Below, in pieces: positions 10,046-22,931 of a stretch of 39,603 nt of DNA. Position 1 is the stretch's first letter. Each line of letters starts with the position of its first letter. Both the position numbers and the translations under genes were made by a program. The notes under the pieces are model-generated. The model saw only the letters and a list, made by a program, of their open reading frames with translations, was not told where the DNA came from and made no database searches. Source of the stretch: a virus (lineage: Duplodnaviria > Caudoviricetes); the IMG/VR virus record IMGVR_UViG_3300049009_000223, positions 1 to 39,603 of that record; one strand, 5' to 3'.

Positions 10046-10213
10046 ATGAAAGATAATATGGAAAACTCTATGGACGAAATGAACGAGGGCGTTGACCTTG
10101 TTAAGAACGTCGAAGAAGCAGACTATTACCCAGCAGCTAGCAAGCAATATCCAAATGCTCGCAAGTATATGACTTACGAGTCAATCTCTACTGGTGTGGG
10201 CGGTAAGAAGTAA
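10046..10213 (+). CDS. Small hypothetical protein (55 aa, MKDNMENS...GVGGKK)
   Basis: AAGGAG RBS; translated manually (below the ORF-track cutoff). Confidence 0.7.
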   Translation: MKDNMENSMDEMNEGVDLVKNVEEADYYPAASKQYPNARKYMTYESISTGVGGKK

Positions 10214-10380
10214 TGGCTAGTATGAAAAAGAAAGTTATGCCAAAGCCTAAGCCAACACCAACAGTAAAAGGTAAAGCAGCAATCAAAGAAATCCAAAAGC
10301 AGGTTTCTAAAAAAGGCGTAGCCTCAATGGAAAGCAAAGCAAAAGCAGCCCTCGATAAGAAATATGGATGGATGAAATAA
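10213..10380 (+). CDS. Small Lys-rich basic protein (55 aa)
   Basis: TAATG coupling; MASMKKKVMPKPKPTPTVKGK...YGWMK. Confidence 0.65.
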   Translation: MASMKKKVMPKPKPTPTVKGKAAIKEIQKQVSKKGVASMESKAKAALDKKYGWMK

Positions 10381-10445
10381 TGGCCGTTAAGAAACCAGGT
10401 AAGTGTCGTAAGTGCGGTAAGTCAGACAAGATGTGTAAGTGCTGA
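10380..10445 (+). CDS. 21-aa Cys4/Lys-rich micropeptide MAVKKPGKCRKCGKSDKMCKC
   Basis: TAATG coupling; fills the gap exactly up to the ATG at 10447. Confidence 0.55.
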   Translation: MAVKKPGKCRKCGKSDKMCKC

Positions 10446-10446
10446 T

Positions 10447-10710
10447 ATGCCTAAAAAGGATCCACGCCTAGAGCGTGCCGGAGTAGCGGGCTTTAACAAG
10501 CCCAAGCGAACTCCAAGCCATCCAACTAAGTCACACGTTGTTGTGGCCAAAGAGGGCGATCAAGTAAAGACCATTCGCTTTGGTCAACAAGGTGTAACTG
10601 GTGATAAACAACCAACTGCACGTCAAGCATCATTCAAAGCACGTCACGCACAGAACATTGCCAAAGGCAGAATGTCTGCTGCGTATTGGGCAAATAAAGT
10701 TAAATGGTAG
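10447..10710 (+). CDS. Basic conserved phage protein (DUF6321-like)
   Basis: NKPKRTPSHPTKSHVVVAK...TIRFGQQG...SFKARH...SAAYWA motif recalled from many phage genomes. Confidence 0.7.
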   Translation: MPKKDPRLERAGVAGFNKPKRTPSHPTKSHVVVAKEGDQVKTIRFGQQGVTGDKQPTARQASFKARHAQNIAKGRMSAAYWANKVKW

Positions 10711-10724
10711 AAAGAGGTTAATAG

Positions 10725-11011
10725 GTGCCAACAGGAACAGCAGGATCAACTCTAGTAGCTGAGTTAAACAGGCTTGCCAATGGTGGCACCTATCCCTCTA
10801 TTTCTACATATGTGGATGAGGCTAAGGCCGCGCTTGGATGGGCCACTGCTCGTGGAGTTACAACTCAACACACAGATACGGTAGGTATATTAAATGACAT
10901 TGCGGGGATCACGACTCCTGCGTGGCAGCATCTGGACTATAACGGTGTATGTAATTACATCGCTGGCACTACTGGTCTTACTGCTAACGCAGCTCTCCAA
11001 GGACTCACATC

Positions 11012-11015
<4 letters not shown>
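10725..11015 (+). CDS. Hypothetical virion protein
   Basis: AGAGG RBS, GTG start, 96 aa. Confidence 0.65.
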
Positions 11016-14229
<3,214 letters not shown>

Positions 14230-14230
14230 A

Positions 14231-14431
14231 ATGACAAAATATGAACTAAGAAAAATTGAAGATAAAGAACAACTATTTAAGATTGACAAAGATGAAAAAG
14301 AGTGGGCAGTTCCACAAGATGAATTTAATTCTGACTACCAAGCGTATCTACAATGGCTTGAGAATCCTACCTATGACGAACAGCAAGCCGCCCAAGCAAT
14401 GCCACTACCAATGCCAGAGGTGACTGAATGA
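14231..14431 (+). CDS. Small fibre-associated (chaperone-like) protein
   Basis: Directly follows the fibre gene; P.DE.NSDYQAYL.WL motif. Confidence 0.6.
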   Translation: MTKYELRKIEDKEQLFKIDKDEKEWAVPQDEFNSDYQAYLQWLENPTYDEQQAAQAMPLPMPEVTE

Positions 14432-15456
14432 CAAGAGCTAGAGATACAGCCAACACCCAAGAAAACATTGGCGGTTCAGTAGCGCCATTTGTTGCGGGCA
14501 AGAACAAGATTATTAACGGTGACTTTGCTATCAATCAAAGAGCATTTACAACTTACACAACAGGCGTTGATGTTTACAATTTTGACCGTTTTGTTTCAAC
14601 CACTAACGGTGATGGAACAGTCACTTGGTCACCACAAGCAAATGCAACAGGCAATGTGCCGGGCACGCCTTACCAAATGCGCAATTTTTTAAGATGCGTT
14701 ACTACAGGACAAACTTCAGTCAATGCCCGTGCAGCGATAGGTCAAAGAATTGAAGGCATTGAAACTCTTGCAGGGCAAACTGTAACAATTTCGTTTTGGG
14801 CAAAATCGGCAACAGGAACACCAAAAATTGCCGTTGAGTTTCTTCAACGCGGAGATGCTTCCACAAATACTTACGCTGGCCAAGTAACGATAAACACAAG
14901 TTGGACTCGCTATTCGGTAAGCGTAGCCACACCAAGCCTTTCAGGAGTAACACTTACACAAACAGGCTTTGTGGTTCCGTTTTTCAATTTTTCAGCTAGT
15001 TCGGATTACAATTCAAGAACTGGGTCATTGGGCATTCAATCCAACACCTTCGACATTTGGGGCATCCAACTTGAAGCAGGCTCAGTAGCCACCCCATTCA
15101 CAACTGCCAGCGGTTCAATTGGTGGAGAATTGGCGTTGTGTCAGCGGTATTATTTTAGAAGAACTGGAACCTTTGGTTCGGTTGGTTCAGGTTTTGCTAA
15201 CTCTACAACTGTTGCTTATATCAATATGAATTTTCCAGTACCAATGAGAATTACTCCCTCAGCAGTTGACACTACAGGAACAGTGCTGCTTATTTGGCAA
15301 GGCGGCGGATATAACACCATTTCAAGTTATGCTATCGGAAATTTAGATACTTTAGGTGGTAATCTTCAAGCAACATCAAGCGGGTTAACTGCTGGATATT
15401 CTATTCAATTAGCATTTTCTAATGCTGGTTCTATTGGATTTAGTGCGGAGTTGTAA
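14428..15456 (+). CDS. Second receptor-binding/tail fibre protein, paralogous to the fibre C-terminus
   Basis: GKNKIINGDF.INQR...IQLEAGSVATPF...ELALCQRYY...SAEL. Confidence 0.8.
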   Translation: MTRARDTANTQENIGGSVAPFVAGKNKIINGDFAINQRAFTTYTTGVDVYNFDRFVSTTNGDGTVTWSPQANATGNVPGTPYQMRNFLRCVTTGQTSVNARAAIGQRIEGIETLAGQTVTISFWAKSATGTPKIAVEFLQRGDASTNTYAGQVTINTSWTRYSVSVATPSLSGVTLTQTGFVVPFFNFSASSDYNSRTGSLGIQSNTFDIWGIQLEAGSVATPFTTASGSIGGELALCQRYYFRRTGTFGSVGSGFANSTTVAYINMNFPVPMRITPSAVDTTGTVLLIWQGGGYNTISSYAIGNLDTLGGNLQATSSGLTAGYSIQLAFSNAGSIGFSAEL

Positions 15457-15457
15457 A

Positions 15458-15610
15458 ATGAATAACATAACTTTTTATACAACGATTGATCCATTAAGCA
15501 ACGTTTCAACTGACTATGTTGAAATTGATAATGGTAATGGTAATAAAATCTATATGCTCAAATCTACCTATGACGAACAGCAAGCCAACACTCCAACACT
15601 AGAGGCTTAG
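15458..15610 (+). CDS. Small fibre-associated protein (50 aa)
   Basis: ATG just after the fibre stop; shares TYDEQQA with 14231-14431. Confidence 0.6.
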   Translation: MNNITFYTTIDPLSNVSTDYVEIDNGNGNKIYMLKSTYDEQQANTPTLEA

Positions 15611-15612
15611 TA

Positions 15613-15618
15613 TAGGCT
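15613..15618 (+). promoter_or_regulatory. -10 element (TAGGCT) of a probable leaderless glycosyltransferase transcript
   Basis: TANNNT separated by 6 nt from ATG 15625; no SD sequence. Confidence 0.5.
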
Positions 15619-15624
15619 TGGCCT

Positions 15625-16206
15625 ATGAAGATAAACGAATACTTTGATAGGGTCGTGGTGATAAACCTAGACCGCAGGCCAGATCGTATGGAGATACTAG
15701 GTCCTCAGTTAGATGAACTAGGAATCCAGTACGAAAGATTCTCCGCAATAGATGGCAAAGAACGTGGCATCAGTCCGGTATTAGCTGGCAAGTTAAGTCA
15801 CGTGGAAGTTCTTAAAGGACAAAACGGACAAAAGGTTTTGATCCTTGAAGATGATGCCAACTTTGTAGATGACTTCAATGAGAAGTTCTCAGAGGTTATG
15901 CAAACGCTACCTGAAGACTGGGACATATTCTATCTTGGAGCGCTAGTAGATAAACATACTGGCAAACTAGAACGAGTTAATGACCACTGGCACAGGCAAG
16001 TGGTTAGTACTGGTACGCAGGCTTACTGCGTTAACCCTAGTAAGGTTAATTACTTTATTGAGAAGCAACTTGAATGGGATGGCTTTGTAGATGTTTGTTA
16101 CAGGGTCTTAGCTTCTGAAACAAATGCTTACATAACACAGCCTAACCTAGTAACACAATTCCCCTCATACTCTGATTTAAGAGAACGAGAGGTAGATGAT
16201 TTTTGA
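15625..16206 (+). CDS. Glycosyltransferase family 25
   Basis: VINLDRRPDR, RFSAIDG, SH, LILEDD and WDIFYLG motifs. Confidence 0.9.
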   Translation: MKINEYFDRVVVINLDRRPDRMEILGPQLDELGIQYERFSAIDGKERGISPVLAGKLSHVEVLKGQNGQKVLILEDDANFVDDFNEKFSEVMQTLPEDWDIFYLGALVDKHTGKLERVNDHWHRQVVSTGTQAYCVNPSKVNYFIEKQLEWDGFVDVCYRVLASETNAYITQPNLVTQFPSYSDLREREVDDF

Positions 16207-17255
16207 AAGTTGCCATATACACAATCGCACTGAATGAGGAAAAACACGTTGAACGCTGGTATGAATCAAGTCGAGATGCTGACTACCACCTCATTGCCGA
16301 TACCGGATCAACAGATGGAACAGTTGCCACCGCTACCGCTTTGGGTATCAATGTCATACAAGTTGGGCTTTCACCATTTAGGTTCGATGATGCAAGGAAC
16401 GCATCTCTCACGGCACTGCCACTAGATATTGACTATTGCATATCGTTAGATATGGATGAAGTTCTAGTGCAGGGTTGGCGTGAAGAACTTGAGAAAGCTC
16501 ACGCTGATAAGATCACTAGACCAGGTTATAGATTTATCTACGCTTGGACAGAAGATGGCAAGCCATCTGAGGAAATGATCGGCTTTAGAATCCACTCCCG
16601 TAAGGGTTACAGGTGGAAGTATCCGATCCACGAAGTACCAGATCCTTATGGCATAGATGAGACCAAGAAGACTTACGACTTTCAAGTTCATCACTTACCT
16701 GATAACGATAAGTCTCGTGGCCAATACTTGCCAATGCTAGAGATGGCAGTAGCTGAGGATCCTAATAGTAGAAACCTTTACTACCTAGGTCGAGAATACT
16801 TTTACAAAGGTAAGTTAAAGGACTCTCTACGTATACTAAAGGGTTACTTAAAGATCAGCACCTTTCCAGAAGAACGTGGTTATGCGCTTCGCTTGATGAG
16901 CAAGTGTGCACCAAAGATGGAAGAAGAATATCTGATCCGTTCTACCGAGGAATACGGTAGTCGAGAATCAATACTTGCGTTAGCAAACTATTACTACCGA
17001 ACCCAGAAGTGGGATGAGTGCTTACTGGTATCTAAGAAATCATTAGAGATAACCAATAAGTCACTTAACTTCTTATCAGAACATTGGGCGTGGGGGCATA
17101 TGCCTTACGACCTTATAGCAATAAGTAGCTGGCAACTAGGTGACTGGAAGACAGCTTATGAGTACGGAAAGCAAGCAGTAGAGATAAGCCCAAATAATGA
17201 GCGACTGGTAAATAACCTAGCGTTCTATAAGGAGAAACTAGATGGCAACACTTAA
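16203..17255 (+). CDS. Glycosyltransferase family 2 with C-terminal TPR repeats
   Basis: IALNEE, DTGSTDGT, RFDDARN, LDMDE (DxD) and YPIHE motifs; helical YYLGREY/ALANYY repeats; TTG start overlapping the upstream stop. Confidence 0.88.
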   Translation: MKVAIYTIALNEEKHVERWYESSRDADYHLIADTGSTDGTVATATALGINVIQVGLSPFRFDDARNASLTALPLDIDYCISLDMDEVLVQGWREELEKAHADKITRPGYRFIYAWTEDGKPSEEMIGFRIHSRKGYRWKYPIHEVPDPYGIDETKKTYDFQVHHLPDNDKSRGQYLPMLEMAVAEDPNSRNLYYLGREYFYKGKLKDSLRILKGYLKISTFPEERGYALRLMSKCAPKMEEEYLIRSTEEYGSRESILALANYYYRTQKWDECLLVSKKSLEITNKSLNFLSEHWAWGHMPYDLIAISSWQLGDWKTAYEYGKQAVEISPNNERLVNNLAFYKEKLDGNT

Positions 17256-18138
17256 CGATATGATTAGCGAAGTTCGTTCTTCGCTAGCCGGCTATACCTT
17301 GCGCCAGGATAGAATCTCTTATCTTGTTAACGCAATCACTACCACCGATACGGCAATCCAAATTGGCTCATCTAGTAATTTAGCCAAGGGCATCATTGAA
17401 ATTGATAATGAACTTATCTGGGTAGATAACTTTACCAAGCAAAGCAATACAATGAACGCAGCTCCTGGCTTCGGTCGCGGTTATCAAGGCACCTCTCCTG
17501 CGCCTCACGCAACTAATGCTCAGGTAATCCTTAGCCCATCATTCCCACGCATCAACATTCAACAAGCGATCAACGACACTATCGGATCCTTGTATCCTAA
17601 ACTCTGGGCAATCTACTCAACTACCTTTACCTTTAACGCATCTCAGACTACATACCCACTGCCAGATGACGCACAGAATGTGCTCTATATGTCTTGGCAG
17701 ACAACAGGTTCTAGCCGTGAGTGGCTACCTATTAAGCGCTGGCGCCAAGATCTAATGGCTAACGTGGCTACCTTTAATACACAAAAGACAATTAACATTT
17801 ATGAAAACGTACAACCTGGTAGAACTATTCAGGTTTGGTATGCAGCAAGTCCTCAGACAATGACTAGCGGTACTGATGACTTCTCAGCAGTTACTGGTCT
17901 ACCAGAATCTTGTCGAGATGTAATCGTCTATGGCGCAGCCTATCGTCTGCTTTCATTCATTGATCCAGGTCGCATCAACCTTACCTCTGCTGAATCAGAT
18001 CTTGCTGATAGCAAAGTACCAGGAGCTGCTGGTTCATCTAACTCTCGTTATATCTATGCTCTATATCAACAGCGCTTGCAGGATGAGTCACTCAAGTTAA
18101 CTGACAAATTTCCCATTCGACTCCACTATACAAAGTAA
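17242..18138 (+). CDS. Head-tail adaptor / tail tubular protein A-like
   Basis: AAGGAG RBS; IQQAINDTI, TTYPLP and VIVYGAAYRLL motifs; position in the structural module. Confidence 0.6.
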   Translation: MATLNDMISEVRSSLAGYTLRQDRISYLVNAITTTDTAIQIGSSSNLAKGIIEIDNELIWVDNFTKQSNTMNAAPGFGRGYQGTSPAPHATNAQVILSPSFPRINIQQAINDTIGSLYPKLWAIYSTTFTFNASQTTYPLPDDAQNVLYMSWQTTGSSREWLPIKRWRQDLMANVATFNTQKTINIYENVQPGRTIQVWYAASPQTMTSGTDDFSAVTGLPESCRDVIVYGAAYRLLSFIDPGRINLTSAESDLADSKVPGAAGSSNSRYIYALYQQRLQDESLKLTDKFPIRLHYTK

Positions 18139-18147
18139 GGCAGACCA

Positions 18148-19047
18148 ATGACTCGTAAATTCTCGTCAACTAGCGTTGCAACTACGCTAAATGCTGGTAT
18201 CAATAGCAGTGCTACAAGCATTGTTGTAGCCACCGGTACAGGTGCTGCCCTTATGGGTGGCGTAACACTAACTGCTGGTAACGTAGATTCATTCGGACTA
18301 GCACTAGATGTAGATACACAGAACGAAGAAGTAGTCTGGGTAACAGGCGTATCGGGAGATACGCTAACAGTTGTCCGTGCTAAGGCTGGTACTTCTGCTA
18401 TTGCTCACACTGCTGGCGCTACAGTCAAGCACGTCTTTACTGGAGATGACGCAACATTCTTTACTACTGGTACTGCAACAGCTGATAACGCAATACCTGA
18501 ATCAGTGGTTACTGCTAAGGGTGACTTGCTAGTAGCAACAGGTAGTGGTGTAGTCGCTCGTCAGGCAGTAGGTACAAATGGTTATGTATTAACCGCAGAC
18601 TCGACGCTAACTAATGGCATTAAATGGGCAGCAGCAGCGGCTGGAGATGTAACCCTTACTGGTGTACAGACATTAACTAATAAAACTCTTACTTCTCCAG
18701 TATTGAATGATCCAAAATTAAATTTAACTCTTAATGCCAATACAGCAACAACTTATACTTTTGTTCTAGCCGATAATGGCAAGTTAGTAACTTCTAATAA
18801 TGCTTCAGCACAGACATTATCTATCCCAACTAACGCATCTGTTGCTTTCCCTGTTGGAACTCAGATTAACGTAGCTTGGATTACTGGTGCCGGTCAACCA
18901 ACAATCAATGCGGTGACTTCTGGCACTACAACAATTCTTTCAACAGGTGCAACTTCAACAGCACCTAAGTTAAGAGTAGCGAACTCAGTTGCAACCTGTA
19001 TCAAGATCGCAACTGATACTTGGTTGGTGACAGGAGATATTTCCTAA
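18148..19047 (+). CDS. Tail fibre/spike-like virion protein
   Basis: Thr/Ala/Gly-rich; VTAKGDLLV, QTLTNKTLTSP and IPTNASVAFPVGTQI motifs. Confidence 0.65.
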   Translation: MTRKFSSTSVATTLNAGINSSATSIVVATGTGAALMGGVTLTAGNVDSFGLALDVDTQNEEVVWVTGVSGDTLTVVRAKAGTSAIAHTAGATVKHVFTGDDATFFTTGTATADNAIPESVVTAKGDLLVATGSGVVARQAVGTNGYVLTADSTLTNGIKWAAAAAGDVTLTGVQTLTNKTLTSPVLNDPKLNLTLNANTATTYTFVLADNGKLVTSNNASAQTLSIPTNASVAFPVGTQINVAWITGAGQPTINAVTSGTTTILSTGATSTAPKLRVANSVATCIKIATDTWLVTGDIS

Positions 19048-19934
19048 TGCCAATCCTTGGGATACTTGCTTCTTCTAGATCAGGCAACTTAGTTCCTAAT
19101 GCACCTACTATTGGTACAGCTACAAACACACCATCTGGTAGGGCATATAACAATGGCGCAGCTAGTGTAACTTTTACACCAGCAGTAACTGGTCCAGTTG
19201 CCACTTCTTATACAGTTACTTCATCTCCTGGTGGGTACACCGCAAGCGGTGCTTCTTCACCATTAACTGTTACTGGTTTGCAATCAGGCACCGCTTATAC
19301 TTTTACGGCTACAGCAACTAACGCTTTAGGAACATCAGTAGCGTCAAGTGCATCTAATTCTATTACTGCAACTACGGTGCCACAAGCACCTACTATTGGT
19401 ACAGTAACTAGAACTAGCAATACTGTAGTTTCACTTCCTTATACTGATAATGGTAGTGGTGGATCTAGTATAACTTCACGAACCATTACTTCAAGTCCAT
19501 CTTTATCTCTTAGTTACAGCACCACTGGTTCTTCACCTATTGCAATTACTGCATCTTATAGCGCTGATACAGCATACACATTTACCATTACGGCAACTAA
19601 CGCTAACGGAACTTCAACTTCATCCAGCGCTAGCAACTCAGTTACACCATTTACGCCAATCAGAGCAACTATTACTAGCCTTACCTTTACCAACACTGGC
19701 TCAACAACAGGCACTTTAAGTTGGACTGGTACGAATATAAATGCGTATCTATACACAGGTTCTCCAAATGGTGCCTCAACTTACCCTTATCCATATAACT
19801 ACGGAACCTTTACGGGTAGTTGGCCAGGTAATTTAGTTAACCTTGTATCTGGTACTACCTACGATGTTTCTATTTATGTAATTTCAGTAGATGGCTACGG
19901 CGCATCTCGTCCTTTAACTTTCACTAAACCGTAA
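19047..19934 (+). CDS. Fibronectin type III-domain virion protein
   Basis: TAATG coupling (MPILGI...); two P.APTIGT...YTFT.TATNA.GTS FN3 repeats. Confidence 0.8.
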   Translation: MPILGILASSRSGNLVPNAPTIGTATNTPSGRAYNNGAASVTFTPAVTGPVATSYTVTSSPGGYTASGASSPLTVTGLQSGTAYTFTATATNALGTSVASSASNSITATTVPQAPTIGTVTRTSNTVVSLPYTDNGSGGSSITSRTITSSPSLSLSYSTTGSSPIAITASYSADTAYTFTITATNANGTSTSSSASNSVTPFTPIRATITSLTFTNTGSTTGTLSWTGTNINAYLYTGSPNGASTYPYPYNYGTFTGSWPGNLVNLVSGTTYDVSIYVISVDGYGASRPLTFTKP

Positions 19935-19944
19935 GGAGTAAATA

Positions 19945-21909
19945 ATGGCTTATGGCGATGACATTACCGAAGGCTTACCGTATACGCTTTCAAACCCAGC
20001 AGGAGCTACTAACTACACAGCTACTGATTACTCCTACGATATTGCTATCGCTGGTTTGCCATTCTTTATTACTCCATTAGATGACTCACCCTATCGCCGT
20101 GTAACGGCGCAGTACCGTAAGCAACAGATTGACCAGACCCGTGAACCAGGTGAGCAGACGCTTACTGGTTGGTGGCTACGTTCTCAGTCCTCATTCCACA
20201 ATGGCCAAGGCATTAAGTTCTTTGAGCCAGCTCAGGATGAATCGCTTCGCTTCCAGTACACAAACTCTAAAGGTTTAGATGTATGGACTAAGGGACAGGC
20301 AACGCTACTAAAGGCTTGCGACAATACTCATATTGTTACCGGTGGCATCCGCACTAACAAGCGCCCTTGGCAGTTTATGCGCTCTATTCAATGGAGTGGC
20401 ACCGAAGGTGTACTACTGGTTGATGAGTATGACGTAGACAAGATCGCAGCTGATGGAACAGTAACCCATTACATTGACTACACCCCTGGTGTGGGTAGCC
20501 CAGTCTATGCGCTATGTGATGATGGTGTTTATTCTTATTGGGTAACTAATAACGTTTCATCTGGCAAGTTAGAAGTATTAAAGAAAGCACTTACTGCTAC
20601 TTCATCTACTGCCGGAACTACGATGTTTACTTCTCCTGGTATCGTCGTTACTAATGCGGTAATGGAATACACCAAAGAACGTATCATTATGTGCGTTAAC
20701 GATTCGATCTATGAGTTCCCAACTAACCAAGCATCTATGCCTACTGCGGTTTTCTCGCACCAAGACCCAGACCATATATTCACCAGCGTAACTTCATCTG
20801 GTACTGCTATATACGTAGCAGGCTACAGCGGTATCCAATCTAATATCTACAAGTTCACACTTGATTCAACTACCGGTGCTATGCCTACCTTGGCACAAGC
20901 AATCACCGCAGCTGAACTACCAGTAGGCGAAACCACCTTTAAGATCTCCTACTACCTTGGCTATATGGCTATTGGCACAAGCCTTGGTGTGCGTATCGCA
21001 CAGGTATCAGATCAAGATGGATCTATTGCCTATGGCCCATTGCTATTTGAAACAACACAACCAGTATATGACTTTGCTTTCCGCGATAAATATATCTGGG
21101 CAGCAACAGGAGTCGAAGGCCAAGTCGGTGTTACCCGTATCAATCTTGGTACTGAGATTAGCCCACTGATCTTTGCTTATGCTTGGGATCTGTACAACCC
21201 AGCAGATACAGTGCTTACCAGCACAACAGCTTGCGCCTTTATCGGAGATACCAACCGCCTAGCCTTCTGTAACGCAGGCAATGGCACAGACGGAACTATT
21301 TATATTGAGTCAGCAACTACCCTTATGGCTAGTGGCTTTATGCGTACTGGTTATATCCGTTACAACACACTTGAGAATAAGATCTTTAAGTTGATCCAAC
21401 CACGCATTGACACCATCAATGGTGCCTTTGATATGGATTCTATTACCGCAGATGGAACTGTTTACAACATTGGTACCTTTAGCCAAGGAGATGTAGTTCC
21501 TGAAGTAAACGTGAACTACCCAGTAGGTGCTCAACAGTATCTTGGGTTTAGATTTACTATGTATCGTTCATCATTAGATTCAACTAAGGGTCCACTCTTT
21601 ACTGGATACCAGGTCAAGGCACTGCCTGCTATTCCACGTCAGCGCTTAATCCAATACCCAGTAATGTGTTATGACCACGAGATGGATAAGTTCAACAATG
21701 AAGTTGGCTACGAAGGCGCTGCCTATGCTCGTATGTCACAGTTAGAAGCAGTAGAAAATACTGGCGATACCATCAGAGTTGAAGACTTCAGAACTGGTGA
21801 GTCTTATATTGGACTTATCGAGGAGATGGACTTCATCAACAAGACCCCTACCGATAAGCGATTCTCCGGTTTCGGTGGCTTGCTACTAGTAACTATCCGG
21901 AGCGTGTAA
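19945..21909 (+). CDS. Tail tubular protein B / nozzle-like beta-rich protein
   Basis: AAGGAG RBS; 654 aa, beta-rich; last large gene before the lysis genes. Confidence 0.6.
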   Translation: MAYGDDITEGLPYTLSNPAGATNYTATDYSYDIAIAGLPFFITPLDDSPYRRVTAQYRKQQIDQTREPGEQTLTGWWLRSQSSFHNGQGIKFFEPAQDESLRFQYTNSKGLDVWTKGQATLLKACDNTHIVTGGIRTNKRPWQFMRSIQWSGTEGVLLVDEYDVDKIAADGTVTHYIDYTPGVGSPVYALCDDGVYSYWVTNNVSSGKLEVLKKALTATSSTAGTTMFTSPGIVVTNAVMEYTKERIIMCVNDSIYEFPTNQASMPTAVFSHQDPDHIFTSVTSSGTAIYVAGYSGIQSNIYKFTLDSTTGAMPTLAQAITAAELPVGETTFKISYYLGYMAIGTSLGVRIAQVSDQDGSIAYGPLLFETTQPVYDFAFRDKYIWAATGVEGQVGVTRINLGTEISPLIFAYAWDLYNPADTVLTSTTACAFIGDTNRLAFCNAGNGTDGTIYIESATTLMASGFMRTGYIRYNTLENKIFKLIQPRIDTINGAFDMDSITADGTVYNIGTFSQGDVVPEVNVNYPVGAQQYLGFRFTMYRSSLDSTKGPLFTGYQVKALPAIPRQRLIQYPVMCYDHEMDKFNNEVGYEGAAYARMSQLEAVENTGDTIRVEDFRTGESYIGLIEEMDFINKTPTDKRFSGFGGLLLVTIRSV

Positions 21910-22115
21910 TGCAGGCGCAAGACTATGCAACAGTAGCTGTTGCAGTATGCACGATCATTGGTGGCTTTACAGCAGCAGTACGCTGGTTAGTTAAGCATTA
22001 CCTCAATGAACTTAAACCCAATAGTGGATCAAGCCTCAAAGACTCCGTCATTAGACTGGAAGAAAAAGTGGAGATCCTTTACCAAATGATGTTACAAAAG
22101 GGAAGAAATGAGTGA
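21909..22115 (+). CDS. Membrane protein (holin-like)
   Basis: N-terminal TM helix plus PNSGSSLKD coiled coil; precedes the endolysin. Confidence 0.6.
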   Translation: MQAQDYATVAVAVCTIIGGFTAAVRWLVKHYLNELKPNSGSSLKDSVIRLEEKVEILYQMMLQKGRNE

Positions 22116-22606
22116 TACCTGTGAAGATTGCCAAACGAGCCACACCTGCCGCTATTGCTGTCCTGCGACAAGCAACAGCACACTGTCCGAAGCGGAAGAA
22201 AGCTAGCGACGGGTTACTACCTAGCGCAGCACACATATCTCAAAGCCCTACTAGCGATCACAATACTGGATACGCAGTAGATCTAACCCACGATCCACTA
22301 GGTGGAGTTGATTGCAAGAAGATATTCCAGTACCTAAAGGGTGACAAGCGCGTTAAGTACTTGATCTTCCAAGGCAAGATCTGGTCGAGAGATCGTATGA
22401 ATGAAGGAGACCGTGACTATGACGGCTCCAACCAACACAACAAGCATCTGCATATTTCTATTAACGATAAGCACGGCAACGATACTTCACCTTGGTTCCC
22501 CTGGTTAGGGGAGTTATCGGTGATGGCTAAAGTAAAGGTTAAGTTACCTAAGCCTTTACCTAAGAAGAAAGACGTCCCATCTCAGAAGGAGAATAACAAT
22601 GGATAA
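22112..22606 (+). CDS. Endolysin, M15-like Zn peptidase
   Basis: SDHN..YAVD and H.KHLHIS metal-ligand motifs; flanked by membrane proteins. Confidence 0.7.
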   Translation: MIPVKIAKRATPAAIAVLRQATAHCPKRKKASDGLLPSAAHISQSPTSDHNTGYAVDLTHDPLGGVDCKKIFQYLKGDKRVKYLIFQGKIWSRDRMNEGDRDYDGSNQHNKHLHISINDKHGNDTSPWFPWLGELSVMAKVKVKLPKPLPKKKDVPSQKENNNG

Positions 22607-22787
22607 GAAATTAAAAGCAATGGCTGCCACGTACTTACGTGCTGGTATTGCATCAATTATCGCCTTATATCTTGCTGGCGTGACAGACCCTAAAGCTCTA
22701 GCAACAGCAGGTATTGCTGCTATCGCAGGTCCACTACTAAAAGCATTGGATCCTAAGAACGCAGAGTTTGGTCGTGGGTCTAAGTAA
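22599..22787 (+). CDS. Holin
   Basis: 62 aa, two hydrophobic helices, basic C-terminus, AAGGAG RBS. Confidence 0.7.
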   Translation: MDKKLKAMAATYLRAGIASIIALYLAGVTDPKALATAGIAAIAGPLLKALDPKNAEFGRGSK

Positions 22788-22809
22788 CCCATAGCAACGC
22801 GAGGCAAAG

Positions 22810-22846
22810 GCCCTCCACCCTTTACGGGTGGGGGGCTTCTTTTTTT
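22810..22846 (+). terminator. Intrinsic terminator of the late operon
   Basis: Stem GCCCTCCACCC/GGGTGGGGGGC followed by TTCTTTTTTT. Confidence 0.9.
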
Positions 22847-22861
22847 ATGTCAAAAATTAGG

Positions 22862-22931
22862 TGCTGGGGGTGATCGGTTAAATACTCATAAAACCGTTCA
22901 TTTTACGCTCGAGTAAAAGGTGCCCCCAGCA
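22862..22931 (-). ncRNA. Candidate ~70-nt three-way-junction small RNA
   Basis: 9-bp closing stem, two internal hairpins, and a minus-strand TATAAT at 22942-22937. Confidence 0.4.

Noticed and set aside
22108-22206. Cys-rich 32-aa ORF overlapping the endolysin start
   Set aside because: Most simply an alternative-frame by-product of the endolysin codons; no independent support.
22862-22931. tRNA gene or hammerhead ribozyme
   Set aside because: Only two internal arms, no TTC T-loop or anticodon arm, and no CTGANGA/GAAA core; kept only as an unclassified RNA candidate.
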